Shown here one piece after another: positions 12,297-25,000 of a stretch of 64,000 bases of DNA. The stretch is from Balanoglossus misakiensis. Lineage: Eukaryota > Animalia > Hemichordata. Positions within the stretch are counted from its first letter, which is position 1. Every line of letters starts with the position of its first letter. Both the position numbers and the translations under genes were made by a program. The notes beneath the pieces are model-generated. The model worked only from the letters and a program-made list of their open reading frames with translations. It was not told where the DNA came from and searched no databases. The stretch is taken from assembly GCA_040954595.2 (NCBI GenBank), contig CM082595.2, positions 7,182,193 through 7,246,192 on the forward strand, in the 5' to 3' direction.

Positions 12297-14118
12297 ATGG
12301 AGATGGATCCAGCCGATGGTAAAAATTTGTGCCAAGCAACAGACGACTATCTAGAAGACTTTTCCATATTTCTCAAAAACAGAATTGATTTCACCGGCGG
12401 TCCACGACTTCAGATCTTCCGAGATAAACTAGCAGATGTAATGATCGGTGAAAACTCTGCTTTGCGTGTTCTAGCAATCGGCACATCTGATGGTAGGTGC
12501 TAAGTTTTTTGTGCTCTGTAATGTAAATGGGACTAGTTTTAAGTACATTTTGGTCATGCGAGATTTGCAAACCAAACAAACAACATCACTGTTTGTTCAC
12601 TTGAATTTTACCTTTACATAAAGAATGAATAATATTTGGCATTTACAAACTATTGGTTCAAATTCTAAATCTATTATTGGATAGGTTTACTGCGATGGGG
12701 ATACTGTCCTTTGGTTGTCATGGGTAGTTTTGTTCAATGACGTTACTGCATTAATTGCGTCCTTGGCTGTATAGCATCGATGTTTGTGTGATTTTCACCG
12801 GTATTTGGTCTGGTGAAAATCGCGATATTGGCCGCTGTTTCATGTGTTACTGTTTGGTCGAAATATTTCATTGTTGATATTTCGTATTGTGTTACAGGAT
12901 CCAATGATGTTGAGGTCATCGACCACTTGAGCGGTAAATTCAGGCGCGTCTTCTACGTCGTCGTGGAGCCTGGACAACACCAGGTCCAGAAGTTCAAAGA
13001 TTTGGTTGCAACAAAGCAGGGAGAAGGTCTGTGGAAAGGCGTTAGTTACGAGTTCCACACAACTACCATTGAACAATTTCTTGCAGGTGGAAACCAGAGC
13101 AAGTTCCACGTGATTCACGCACAGCAATGTGCTTACCACTTTTCACCCCGCGTATTTGACGACCTGAACAGACTCCTGAATAATGGAGGGATGTCATTCT
13201 ACACCATACGTGCAGGTAGCTTTTGTGTTCCTCCCTCAGCGCCGGCACAATATCAATAAAAGAAAAGTTTTTCGGTAAAACAAAATAGATACTAATATAG
13301 GGGAAAGCGATCGCGTATACAATCTCTACTTTATGTATTACTCACGTGACACATTTGACGAACCATTGAAATGTGTGCATTGACTAGTCTTTTGCAACAT
13401 CCGTATTTGTCACTTTCCCACCAATCAATTGTTTATATCCTATACTATCATAAACCCGTTACATTCTTGGTATTGCTCATCTTGTAAATACAGTAATATG
13501 CAATTTGTATTTCTAGAAACAAACTCTTATCTTCTCTGATTTAGGCATCCTTAATTATGCAATGGGTCTATCTTCTGCAGAGTCAGACCCATTCATAGTC
13601 TGGTTCCCTGCCCCAATCCCACCGCTGGCTGCGCTATGCTAAAGGTGGGATTGGGGCAGGGAACCAGACTAACCCATTCAGACCACCTCCATTTGTTCAA
13701 TCTTTACTCTACATACAGATTTTAATACTGGGTCGAATATTATGAATCTTGTGAATTTGAACGCATCAAAACTAAGTGACATTCCGCTTTCTCCTATTTC
13801 GCAGGTCCTGGTGAGAAACTGATCCAGGGGTTGGCAAAATATACCTCAGCGCACAGGCGCCGGGTTCGGCTGCTCTTCTGACAATAATACGTCATCAACT
13901 ACCGGATGCACAGATCAAGACATCTTACAGGAAGTGTGGAGTCAAAGCCGATGGATGCTTTAACGATACCGAAGAAGGAAATAAGATGATTGATTTCTAC
14001 ACTCTACAAAAATATCGTCAATGAATTTCTGACATTCCTGAAGAGCATCTCATACGTTGTCGGTGGCCAGTTATATCTTCCCGCTGATTATGAAGAAATT
14101 GTTGTCATGAAAACATAA
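12297..14118 (+). pseudogene. HNMT: HNMT-like copy E: chimeric, exon 3 frameshifted
   Basis: Exons 12297-12492, 12898-13215 and 13805-14118. A 1-nt deletion at ~13861 gives TGA at 13879-13881. A 26-nt deletion at ~14007 restores the original frame to TAA at 14116-14118. Confidence 0.8.
13596..13671. mobile_element. 76-bp AcademH-like MITE with 9-bp TSD
   Basis: tagtctggttccctgccccaatccc...gggattggggcagggaaccagacta. TSD acccattca at 13587-13595 and 13672-13680. Confidence 0.85.
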
Positions 14119-14192
14119 GATTGTGTGGCACAATCACACAGTCCTTTTTTGTGGGACATGAGACAGGAAGTGTTATCCTAGTACCTTAACTG

Positions 14193-14305
14193 TTGTGTTC
14201 GAACGCTGGTTCACTATATATCCACATGTAAAATAAGATAAACAGTGTCTTGTATTAAACATGATTAATGAAAAAAGGGCGGCGAGAGAGAGAGCCTTTG
14301 TCCCT
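14193..14305. mobile_element. Right half of Kolobok-like MITE (family K1) at the start of the segmental duplication
   Basis: Ends ...gcctttgtccct|ttaa and matches the right arm of 40467-40776 and 28874-29386. Confidence 0.75.
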
Positions 14306-14411
14306 TTAACTAAATGTGGTGTAATCCAGTCATAAGTATAAGTCCTGGGACTGACTTGTGCATACAAGTCCATGGGCTTATTATATATCGTGTATGGCCA
14401 AAGAAATGTTA

Positions 14412-14498
<87 letters not shown>

Positions 14499-14735
14499 TG
14501 TTTATTTCAGGCAATACTGCCCATATCAAAAACACAATCCACACAAAGTTACAGAGAATAAATAAAAATGTAAAACATTTTATTATTATTTATTATTATT
14601 ATTAACTTTTTTACCAATACCAATAGCATCCCATAAAAACAGACAAAAACCTTAAAAATACATCATTAGTCTAAACGTGGCTTGAAAGCCAGAGTAAACA
14701 AATGCATCAAAGCTCCGAATAGTAAAATCAAAAAT
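14412..14735 (-). mobile_element. Short 3' end of a LINE with (ATT)n tail; the (AAT)n microsatellite is 14412-14498
   Basis: Minus strand reads tatgggcagtattgcctgaaataaac(att)n. Absent from the paralogous site at ~29495. Confidence 0.55.
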
Positions 14736-15469
14736 TAATATAATTATTGTCAAACCACTAGATTGGCTTTCTCATGACATCAATATGAGCTGTGGGAACG
14801 CCAGAAATTCCATCTAAAATCATAAAATTTACACTGACATAAAAAATTTTCCATCCTCCGAGTCAGTCTTGTTCTGAATCAGCAAAATATTCCCGCGCGA
14901 TTATTTTATTTGCCATTTCATTACGTGTTCAGCTATAGAAATCTCTTGTCCCAATCTTTAAAAATTATTCCTGGTATAACACGGCGACATCAAATTCTAG
15001 GCACCTTCGGGGTTTTAAAATTCAACGCTTCGCATATTTTAACGCCCATTAGCTCATTGGACTTTAAGCTAATTAACATGCGTGTTTTTGTAGACGTTTC
15101 TTTACAGTGCTGTTCGCAAACCAAGTCATACGTTTCCTTTGGACAGTCATACATTTATCAAATGAGTTCCCATCATCCTATAACACAGTCGTCCACGAGT
15201 GGCCACATCCACGAATTAATCGCATCCGCCATTGACCAGAGTGATCTGATCTATCAGATATTTGTCTTTGGTGAATTTTCCTTCGGCAGATATCTGTTGT
15301 AAGATGAAAAAAGGGAAAATGTCTATGAGATAATCATGGATCTCTTCACATACTATATGTCGCCTATCAGAAACTGCATAGTGTCTATGAATGACAGATG
15401 GACAGATAGACAATATTACAAAGCCCTCGTCAATGACATCATCAAAAGGCGGGAAATAACCATCTTTAA

Positions 15470-16061
15470 AGCCCCAGTATTTCTCGTGTGTATCCATTTT
15501 TCACCATCGAAAAATGCCCGTTTTTCCCGTACATTCATCATGGAATACTACATAATGAAGACAGAAGAAAGGTTTGGGCAGCTATAGCTACGTGCAAGAT
15601 GTAAATATTGCCCGTAACACTTGAAATGATGCGCGGGTTTGTTTACAACGGACATGTTGCACATGTCGATCAGCAAACGTGCCACTTTGACATTTGATGG
15701 TCAGACCATTTTCGGATTTGATCTGGTTCCATCGACTGATTTCTCCCATAAAGTTATCTTCCCAGAATTTCGCCGAATTAGTGCGCATTTCTTCGCTGAG
15801 TCGCTAGATTTGGGGCGACCAAACCTCTTCCGCGTAGATTTACATTTTAGTGCGCGTGCGCAGTAGTCACGTGTGTCAACAGAGCCTGACTTTCTGTCCG
15901 GACAGAAAGTCATTCTTCACTCGTTATATTGTAAATTGTATGAGTTTATGAGCAGAGCTGGGGATGATGACTGTTCGATTCAGAATCAATTATCATCTAC
16001 TTTTAGAAATTATAGATGCCGTTTCAAACAAAATTTTGCCCCTACGAGAAATACTGAGGCT
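15470..16061. mobile_element. 592-bp non-autonomous DNA transposon with AG...CT ends and TTAA TSD (Kolobok-like)
   Basis: ttaa|agccccagtatttctcgt ... acgagaaatactgaggct|ttaa. The empty site is present in the paralog at ~30255 (catctttaagacgctaact). Confidence 0.85.
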
Positions 16062-16840
16062 TTAACGCTAACTCTCATAATTCCGTGCTCAGAATTGCAA
16101 ACCTAACGACACTGTTGCTCACTTGTATGTTTTCGGTGTTGTTTATTTCACACTTTGCGAAGTATGAACTGTTTTCTGCCTTCTCCACCTTGAAGTCAGG
16201 CTGCAACATTCTATTACTCGCTGACATGTATATGTTTAAACTCAGGTTGTCCTTTCTCGTTTTTTGTTTATGGTAATATATTTTGGCACAGTGAGTCTGG
16301 GATACATTTGCCGTCATCGTGTGGTTATCTCGTTGTGGTTGTTTGTTTTGATGGCCTGTAAAGCAACAATTCAATAAAAAGTGTTGGTTAATGATTATGG
16401 ACAAAGGTTCGAACTGTACAAAATGGCGTCTAATTTATTCTTTATTTCTATCAGGACACGGAATTCGCGATTGGCCACGTGCAGATAGAAATGGTTCGAT
16501 TGTGGGGGACATACTCAATACTAAACACTCCAGGAAAATGCTAACGAAGAAAAGCTTTTTTGCAAACGAAAAACCAAACCTTTGTTGGGGTTTTTAAGCG
16601 GTTGATAATTTTCAAAATCAGACATAGGACAGTCCATAGAAAGCAGCAAGCTCTGTTGAGCGGCCCTGTTTGTGAATATGAAACAGTCTTTCATTTTCAG
16701 TCTTTTGGTGAATGATCTCTGCATGGTTTCAGGCATTTAAGCAATGGAGAGCCTATATATCAGCAGTGGCTTTGGTGACAGGAATTGCGAGGTAGCTGCT
16801 CTTTCGGAAATTCTGGACACTCAACTAGCAACGCCAACTG

Positions 16841-19026
16841 TCAAACAACTCTCATGAAACGAGGCTTTGAGATCGCCCTTTGAACCTTCTCCGACAGCCA
16901 ATCCCTACCTGCAAGAGCGATCGAAAATGAATTACTTCCATCGTATCGCCAAGACACTCCAAGTCTGCTAGACATCTTGAACCAGGATTTCAGTCTTGTG
17001 CAAAATGTTGCAGAATCTCTCACAACCGTTCCAAACTTCTCAAGCAAACCAATAGTAGCCAGGGACACGTTTCTAAACTTGTCACAATCTTCTGACACAG
17101 CATCTTTGATCAACCGGAAGTCTCGCAAATCTCTGTCAAAGTCTGGTCCATATTCTTGAACTTTTTGCCACAACGTTTTGTTGAACATGTCATATATCTG
17201 GACATCCAGAAAGTTCCATTTATGTATGGACTCCTTTAATTTTCCATCGAGAGGAACACGCTTTGGACGTACTCGACGGGATATATACAATATATCCTCC
17301 ATTTTCCAGCACATAAGCCTTTTCAGCAAAACAAGGGAATGATCGTAATATTCAGTCACAAGAACCAAATCAAGTTCTCTGTTTAGTGTTGTAAAGTACT
17401 CGTATGTGATTTCAGGGTTATGGTGATATTTCTGGTCCAAGCCAAGATGCCAGGCCTGGCCATTCCACGCCACGGCTAAATGACGCACCACTGCCTTTCT
17501 TTGAATCACCTTGTAGTAATATTCCGCGTTCTGTAGAAATTCTTCCAATTTTGCGATGTTATTTGGATAAGATTTCTTCTTAAGATACCGTCCCAGACCG
17601 AAAAAATCAAACGCAGATTCAAAGTTCGCAGCTGGCTCGCGTATGATTGAAATTAAAATCGTTTCGGGAGATTGTACTCTGCACTTCAAACTGGTTTCAT
17701 TAGCACTGACGATATTTAGCGTCCCTTTCTCTTTAGACAAATGAACACGATTAGATCGTTTCATTTTCAGCTCGGGTAATATGACGTCATGATTTACCCC
17801 ATTCACGAGATACAGTTCCATTGTCCCTTTGTATTCTTTACCCTCATGGTGTATAACTTGCCTCTGGTGAGTAAATTTGTTTTTTTTGGCGAATCTATCG
17901 ATCAACGTTACAAGAGTTGTACTTCCTGTCTTGCGATTGAAGATATACGCGACATTGTTGAGTTGCTTGCAATGCTGGGAGTTATTGGAAGGTGTTGTCG
18001 TGTAGTTCAACAAAGTGTCGTTTATCGTGAATCTATTCTTCCATATCCAGCGTTGTGCATTCATGGAAAATTCTGAAAGCATAGAACTGTAAAAAGATAA
18101 CGGGATCACTTGTACGTCACCTTACAGAACCCACGCTCCGTGGCGCTTGCGCCCTCTATAGGGGAACGTACTGACCGTAAAATGAAAGCGAGGTTTTAGT
18201 ACAACTTAACCTTTGACTTCTGAAATGTCATCATAGCATCACTGTAATACTTCTTATTTCATGCATTCCAAGGCAAAAGATTGATACTATCAAATTTTTG
18301 ACGTTCGTTGGAGGGAAATGTGAATGGCCGCAAAGTGCCATCCTCACAGCAGTATATACCAATTTCCCATTTGTCAATCTCAGACGAAGGATTTGTAATT
18401 AGAAAATAGGCCTAAAATTTAATAATTAAGATAAAGAAACGATTTGAAAATTGACATTTAGCCCTTTTTCAATTTTCTTTTTGAAGATGCAAATCGACTT
18501 ATTGGTTGGCTGAAATGTGCCGCAGATTAAGAATAATGCCGCTTACGCGTACAAGGACGTTTGTCAACGCTTATACCCATACTGTAATATTCAGCAAAAT
18601 AAATAATTCATTAGATTTCCTTGTTAGATTTTTGGATAGTCTGTGATCCGCATTCGTTTCCTGTATACAAATATACTAAGATTACCGTTCTTACTCAGCG
18701 AATCCAAAATTCACGAAGTATCTGAAAAAAGTTTCACTTGTCAAAACGGTGGAAGCTGTGATGCGGCACTTTATTAACTTACCTATTTGACTTTGTAACA
18801 TATTTACTCAAAACGTCTTGTCGAAACACCAAATACGAGGTCACAATGACACAGAAAGATAGCGTAACGCCAAAGACTAACTGTGGACATAATATAAAAC
18901 GAGAGAGAGAGAGGGAGGGTGAGGGAGAGAGAGAGGGAGAGAGAGAGAGAGAGGGAGAGGGAGAGGGAGGGAGAGAGAGAGGGAGAGAGAGAGAAACAGA
19001 GAGAGAAACAGAGAGAGAAAGAAGAA

Positions 19027-19067
<41 letters not shown>

Positions 19068-22000
19068 ATGATTTTGTATACACCATTTGTATTTGCCGCG
19101 CGTATCTAAGCTGATCTAACTGGGCTGGTATGCCATACAAACACCTTCTGACATTCTACTTATACAGTAGAAAAACATTGCCTAAATTAACTGTTCGAGG
19201 CGGCTGCAGGTCAAGCCATAAATTATGCACCATAGAGAATGGTGGCCTCTCTTACTACTGGTACGCAACGCACTCCATGACGGCTCTATACCACCACTAT
19301 ACAGCTGTATAGCTGATGGCCTGTCAAACATACCATCATGTGGGGCTCTCTTTCGTTTTAGATAAATTCCCTGCTGTAAAATTTGTGAGCCCCCATGACG
19401 GCTCTATACCACCACTATACAGCTCGATCTGTAGCAGACTCAAATGGCTAATGCAATATGCTGAGAATCTGTGATCATGCATGGACATGATGTGATTCAG
19501 TCTAATTTTTACTTCGCAATGTCACCTAATTACTGCAGTAGTGAACACTGGGCCTGTGCTATAAATGATCGCAAGGCCTCTCATAAAACGGATAGCATGA
19601 TTTTAGTCAGGCCACACTGAGTTACACACATGGTCAGTCTAATGACTGTTAGGTCTTGTTATAGAATGGGACTGCTGGACCCCGTTTTGCCAATTTGTAT
19701 TGCTCGATTTCGTCCTTTTCCTTTACACACTATATTCTTTGCCCTAAATTTAGAACCCTAGTGCACCTATACTTCTCAAACCTGGTACAGTGATCATGTC
19801 CAGGCCATTCAACTGACTTGTCAGTTGTTAAGTTTGATATGCTATCGGAAAAAAACACTCTGAAATGTTGTCAAAAAGTGTGTCGTCTGGACCATTTTCA
19901 TGCAAGAGTACCTAAAATACAGCTGATTAATTTTTCTAAGATTAAGTTTTAAGATTGGGTTTCACGTTATAGTCGGCTGAAAAATATGGTTTGACCCTAA
20001 AAAAATTGCTACAGAAGGTTTCTCAATGGTTTTCTGTAGTTCAAATATCCTTTATAACATCATCTACAAATTTCTAACGACCTGAAAGGTGTAATTTTTA
20101 AGGTGACGCCCAAGATGGCCGCCGCACACTTAATTTGCATAGATTAGAATATTGAAATGTTCTTGTTATTAAAATATGTTGCATATCAATGAATTTTAAT
20201 ACAAAAATGAAGATAAATTGGGTGTTCATATGCAACTTTCCTTTAATAAAATGATTTAAAACCTTGTGGACAATGCTGAGTCAGTGTTACACTTAGCATG
20301 AGCGAAAAACAGCGCATCTGGGCCAGTGAAAATGAAATTTACCTGTCCGACGTAATGTTTACAGGCCCTGGGCTGAGACGCTGTAAATTCAAAGGCCTGA
20401 ATTAGTGCTATAAAAGTTCAGAAACTCAAATGAAAGTGGCTGGTGAAAGGTCATCGTGACTTCTGGGTCTTTGCATTTGTTCGTCATACCAGGCACAATG
20501 TGAATCTGAACTCTATTTGTTGTACTTTATTTTCGTTTTGTTAGACACACACAACAAAAATAACGTCCCAATTAAAAGAGTTAACCAGACGCAGAGTTTT
20601 GGGATACCTTAATTCAAAAGTGCTTGCCGACTTTGCTAAATTTATTGCTTAGGTCGATTTATTTGAACCCCGTCTCAGTGTTCATCACCCGTGGTGTTGT
20701 GAACGTGTTCACTATTATACATGTAACACCTTCAAAGATACATCAATTGCACATATGACAAAGTCGCTCTCTTTTGACCTCTTTGGTCAATTTTGTTTGA
20801 CATAAAAATTTCTTGATATGAAACATTTGTACACTGAGAGACTTTATGCAAGTATTTCATGCATTCCTGATAGTGCAGAAAGGCCAGGAAAAGTAACCTT
20901 GTCCCTTAGAAAACTCTCAACGCACACGCACTTATAGTTACTATAACCACGAAAAATAGTCTCTGGCAGCTAGACCCTCACAACACCTAATGTTTATTCT
21001 TTGTCTGCATACAGTGGTCTGCATAAATTGTGTCGGAGGTTTTGTTTGCAGTACCGGACGATAAAATTGCAGAGAAAGCTATTCAGTATAAGAGAGAATA
21101 AATCATAGTACATTCTTGCCAGGGTCACCAGGTAGCTCCTACACCGTCGAATTTGACTTCTGCGTTTATTGTGATATTATTAATACATGTATAAAAAAAA
21201 GAACTTTAAAGACACGAGAAACAGAAAGAAGAGTGTTTTAACAATGAACAGTCCCAAGATGGACACATCTGACACCACGCTTCCATTTTGATACACTGCA
21301 TTTATTCAGGTCATTAATGTTTACCACTCAGGTGATTTACAGTTCAATAGCAGGCCTTTAGAGAAAGTTTACTCGTTTTGCTTTGAATTAGCATACTTGG
21401 ACATGCTTGTAATTAATGATGCCGACATTTGGGAACACAGCTTGTCCCAGAATGACCAAATAGTCAACAAGTTAATCTTTACGCTTATCTTTAGGCTAAT
21501 GTATTAACGTGTACTGCAGTCTGTCAGATTGTCGTGTTTATCACCAACACATCTGGTAAGCGTCGCCAAGCAACACAAGTATCACACAAGCAATTTTGTG
21601 TCAAAAGTCACCAAGGTAGAATCATGTATTAGAGTAAATATAAAACATAACTCGTATTGGCAGATGATAACAACAGTTGTATCACCCCAATATGATAAAA
21701 CCAAGCCAATCTGTGATAAACGTTGAACAGTACGATTTGCGAAAATGTGCCGAGATATTATCGATTTCGCGACCGGAAATTTGCAGCTATAGCGCCTCGG
21801 GATGGCGGCAGAATAGCCCTAACCAAGTTGGTGTGAGTGCAATCAGTTGACCAACGTAGTCCGTAGTATCATCGCAAGGAGATGGAGTCTTTCAATTTGA
21901 TGGGCATGCACGTCCACATTCTAAAAATAATATTTTCCCGTTCCTTTTCAAAAATTCCTTTTTTACAGTTATTTCAACATAGCTAAGAACGCAAGTTTTG

Positions 22001-25000
22001 AATACATGTATGTAATACAAATTCTAATAACCGAGTGTTACAACACCCCTCTCCACCAGAGTCTTATGTCCCATGCGTCGCTCGCAGAGCGAACTGTCGT
22101 TCACCCCCTCGTTCACCATGACGTCGCTGCGTTCAGAAACTAGTCTGGCTAAGATATGTCACGGTCAACTTTTTAGTTAGCGTTGATCTATTTTTACGGA
22201 AATCGGCTCTAACGTCATAACAGCGAAGTCAGACTGTGGATTTTAGGACAACAGCCGGAAATTCACAAGCGACCGGGATCTGAGCGTACGGGTACACAAC
22301 AAAAACGCTGTATTGTACAAAGGGATGGGTGAGATTTGAACCTGCATAGGTTGTGCAGGACAAGATTGGCATGGAAATCACCACTGTATACGCCAACGAC
22401 GATTTGATTATTTCAAGTAAAGCATGGGTACGACCAGTTGTATTCGTGACACGTTGCGGCCGATCAACTTGAATAGTTATATTGAACATAGAAATTCAGT
22501 CTAGTGTAAGGGACTGGACATTGTCATAGAATTGTATTTTCAGTGCATATAGAAACTTTAAATTATTTCAGAGCTTTCTCTTTTTTGTAACAAGAATAAG
22601 AAGAGACTCAAATATGCCACGATAAGTTGTTTTAGTACTCTGAAATCGGTTCGCAAGTTCCTATAACTGATTGTGTATCATATCAATGAAACTATCAACC
22701 TGATATTTGAAAAGTTTTTTTCTGACTGTTTGGCTCAAAACAATTCCTCGTGATTTGACTTGATTGAGAGCAGCTATGAATGCACCAAAGGCGCCGCCTA
22801 TACAATTCACAGATGCGGTTGTTGACCATAACCACAGCATGCCATTTTCCGTCATTTCGTCTCCATTCCTCATCATGTAGGTTTCGTTATAAAAATGTTG
22901 GATGTATTAAAAAATAACAACATCCCATTAAAAGGACAAAGCCTCTCGCTGCCCTTTTTCCATTCATTATCACATGTAATATTGTATTATTAAAGGTACA
23001 AAGTCTCTCTCCTGCGGCCAGTTTTCCATTAATTATGTTTGATACAAGACACAGTTTATGTTATTCTACATGTGGATATATAGTGAATCAACGTTCGACC
23101 ACACACAACTTCCATCCCGCTTGTAGACACGAGAGTGAAAAAAACACGGCAAATGAATAATCGGGCTCTACCTTTTATTCATTTTGGGCGGGTTTTTACT
23201 CTCTATCATACAAGCGGGATGTACGTTGTGTGTGGTTGAATGTTCATTTACCACATATAAACATGTGCATCAATATAAACGGTGTCTTGTATCAAATACA
23301 ATTAATGGAAAATGGCAGGGCAGCGAGAGAGAGACTTTGTCCCTTTTGAAGTTTGCATGGAGGATTTTAGGATTGTCAGAGTAATCTACGTTCCAAATTA
23401 GGTTTAGACATTCTGTTTGCATTCAAATGACTCTGCCTCAGTTTGTTGTATAATGTTTGCTTAGTGTCACCTAATATATACCAACAGTAAATGATACTAT
23501 TACATTGCACATTCAAAGAATATGAACGCACTGCATCTCCTTGTAGCACAGCAGAAGAGCTGTACTGTGACAGTTTAATTTTTTGCTGCAATAAATTATA
23601 AATATATTTTTATTTAATACAGAGTATTAATGTCAGTGCCACAATTCCGTTGTCGCATGATGGCCTGTCAAACATACCATCATGTGGGGCTCTCTTTCGT
23701 TTTAGATAAATTCCCTGCTGTACAATTTGTGACCCCCCGCCCCAAGTATAGCTTGAAAAATATTGACCCTCCCCAGAAACACGGGCATAAACATTTTCGA
23801 CCCCTCCCCCAATCCCCCGGCCCTTCCCTCTGGTAATTTACGTCCAGTTCCTAACCAACAACAAATTATGCTAATGAATGGAATAAATATTTCCAGCTAT
23901 AACGTAAGGTTTTAACTTCATCTAGTGGTGCGCTTTATACCTGGTCTAATTCCTGCAGTGTGACAAATTATTAATTCAGGAACACTGGCCTATAATGAGG
24001 ACAATTTATCAGTCCTTATTACACTACAGATGCATGGTTACCACAACAAGGTACATGTATTCTCACCGGCTGACCTTTCGGAGGGGGGGGGGGGGGGGGC
24101 TGTTCTCAGGTGGAATCCGTCAATCTTCCCGTTTCGTCGGGAACTCATTATTATTAAAGTGGCGGGTAAAGGTCATCTTGACCTCTGGGTCAAATGACTG
24201 TACGGAGCTGATGCTACTATTTTGACGCCATTCCAAACCGAGCAGTGTTCGTTGTTATAGTGAGCAAAATGTGAATCCGACTTCCGCCAAGAAGTTTTCA
24301 GTACGGTGTCTCTCTCGAGTCCTGTGACCTCGTTCTGAAGAATGGTTTAAGGTCTCTCACACTCGCCATGCATGATTTCTCAAATAGTGTGCTAAAATCT
24401 GAATGGCCAACATTCATCACATTTTTTTAAAGCTATGGTAGCTACCCCGAGAAAGTTGTTTCTACTCGTTTCCAAAGTACCATAGTGTGAGAAAGATCTG
24501 ATAACAACAGCAATAACATCGTCCGGTGAAAACTCACCAAAACGAATAATCAGTCTCTACCTTTTATTCATTTTGCCGAGATTTTAACTCTCATATTCTA
24601 CAAATGGGATGGAAGTTGTGTGTGGTCGAATGTTGACTCACTATATATTCACATGTAGAATAACATGAACGGTGTAATAATTAATGGAAAAGGGGCAGCG
24701 CGAGAGAGACTTTGTCCCTTTTACTGAATCGTTTTCAAATATCTGCCGTCAACGTCAACGGCATACTGCACAGACAGAGTAATTTTAGACCATCGGTCCA
24801 AAGGACTACATTGATTTTTTTTAAATAAAAAATGCCTGGCCGCCAAATGTTCTGTACACGTCTTGACAGTTCCGTGTTTTATATATAATTGCTCATAACG
24901 AAATTTCTATAACGTCAAATTCAATATCATAATGGGCCATATTGTCACTTTTTTCTGTTAGTAATACATGGAACATGGATGACATGAAATGCACGTATTC

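Larger units (their letters stand above)
5824..13060 (+). repeat. Recent ~3-kb tandem duplication (about 2.4 units) carrying HNMT-like genes
   Basis: Units start at aatatggagtgc at 5824, 8802 and 11822 (2978 and 3020 bp). Introns, UTRs and the embedded MITE are near-identical. Confidence 0.9.

Noticed and set aside
14173-14561. Poly-Tyr and poly-Asn ORFs
   Set aside because: Translations of an (AAT)n microsatellite.
14910-16736. Cluster of 60-130 aa ORFs downstream of the sulfotransferase (mirrored at 30004-30832)
   Set aside because: No domains, and the frames are not preserved between duplicates. This is UTR, intergenic DNA and MITE sequence.
16841-18109. Treating the 422-aa ORFs (and the 404-aa ORF at 53820-55034) as complete intronless or prokaryotic genes
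   Set aside because: Their starts are GTG/TTG or intronic. Frame-consistent splice sites and upstream exons give better gene models.
18846-19140. RE-rich and SL-rich ORFs (also 33219-33608)
   Set aside because: Translations of GA microsatellites. The real exon is the adjacent 98-nt TM exon in another frame.
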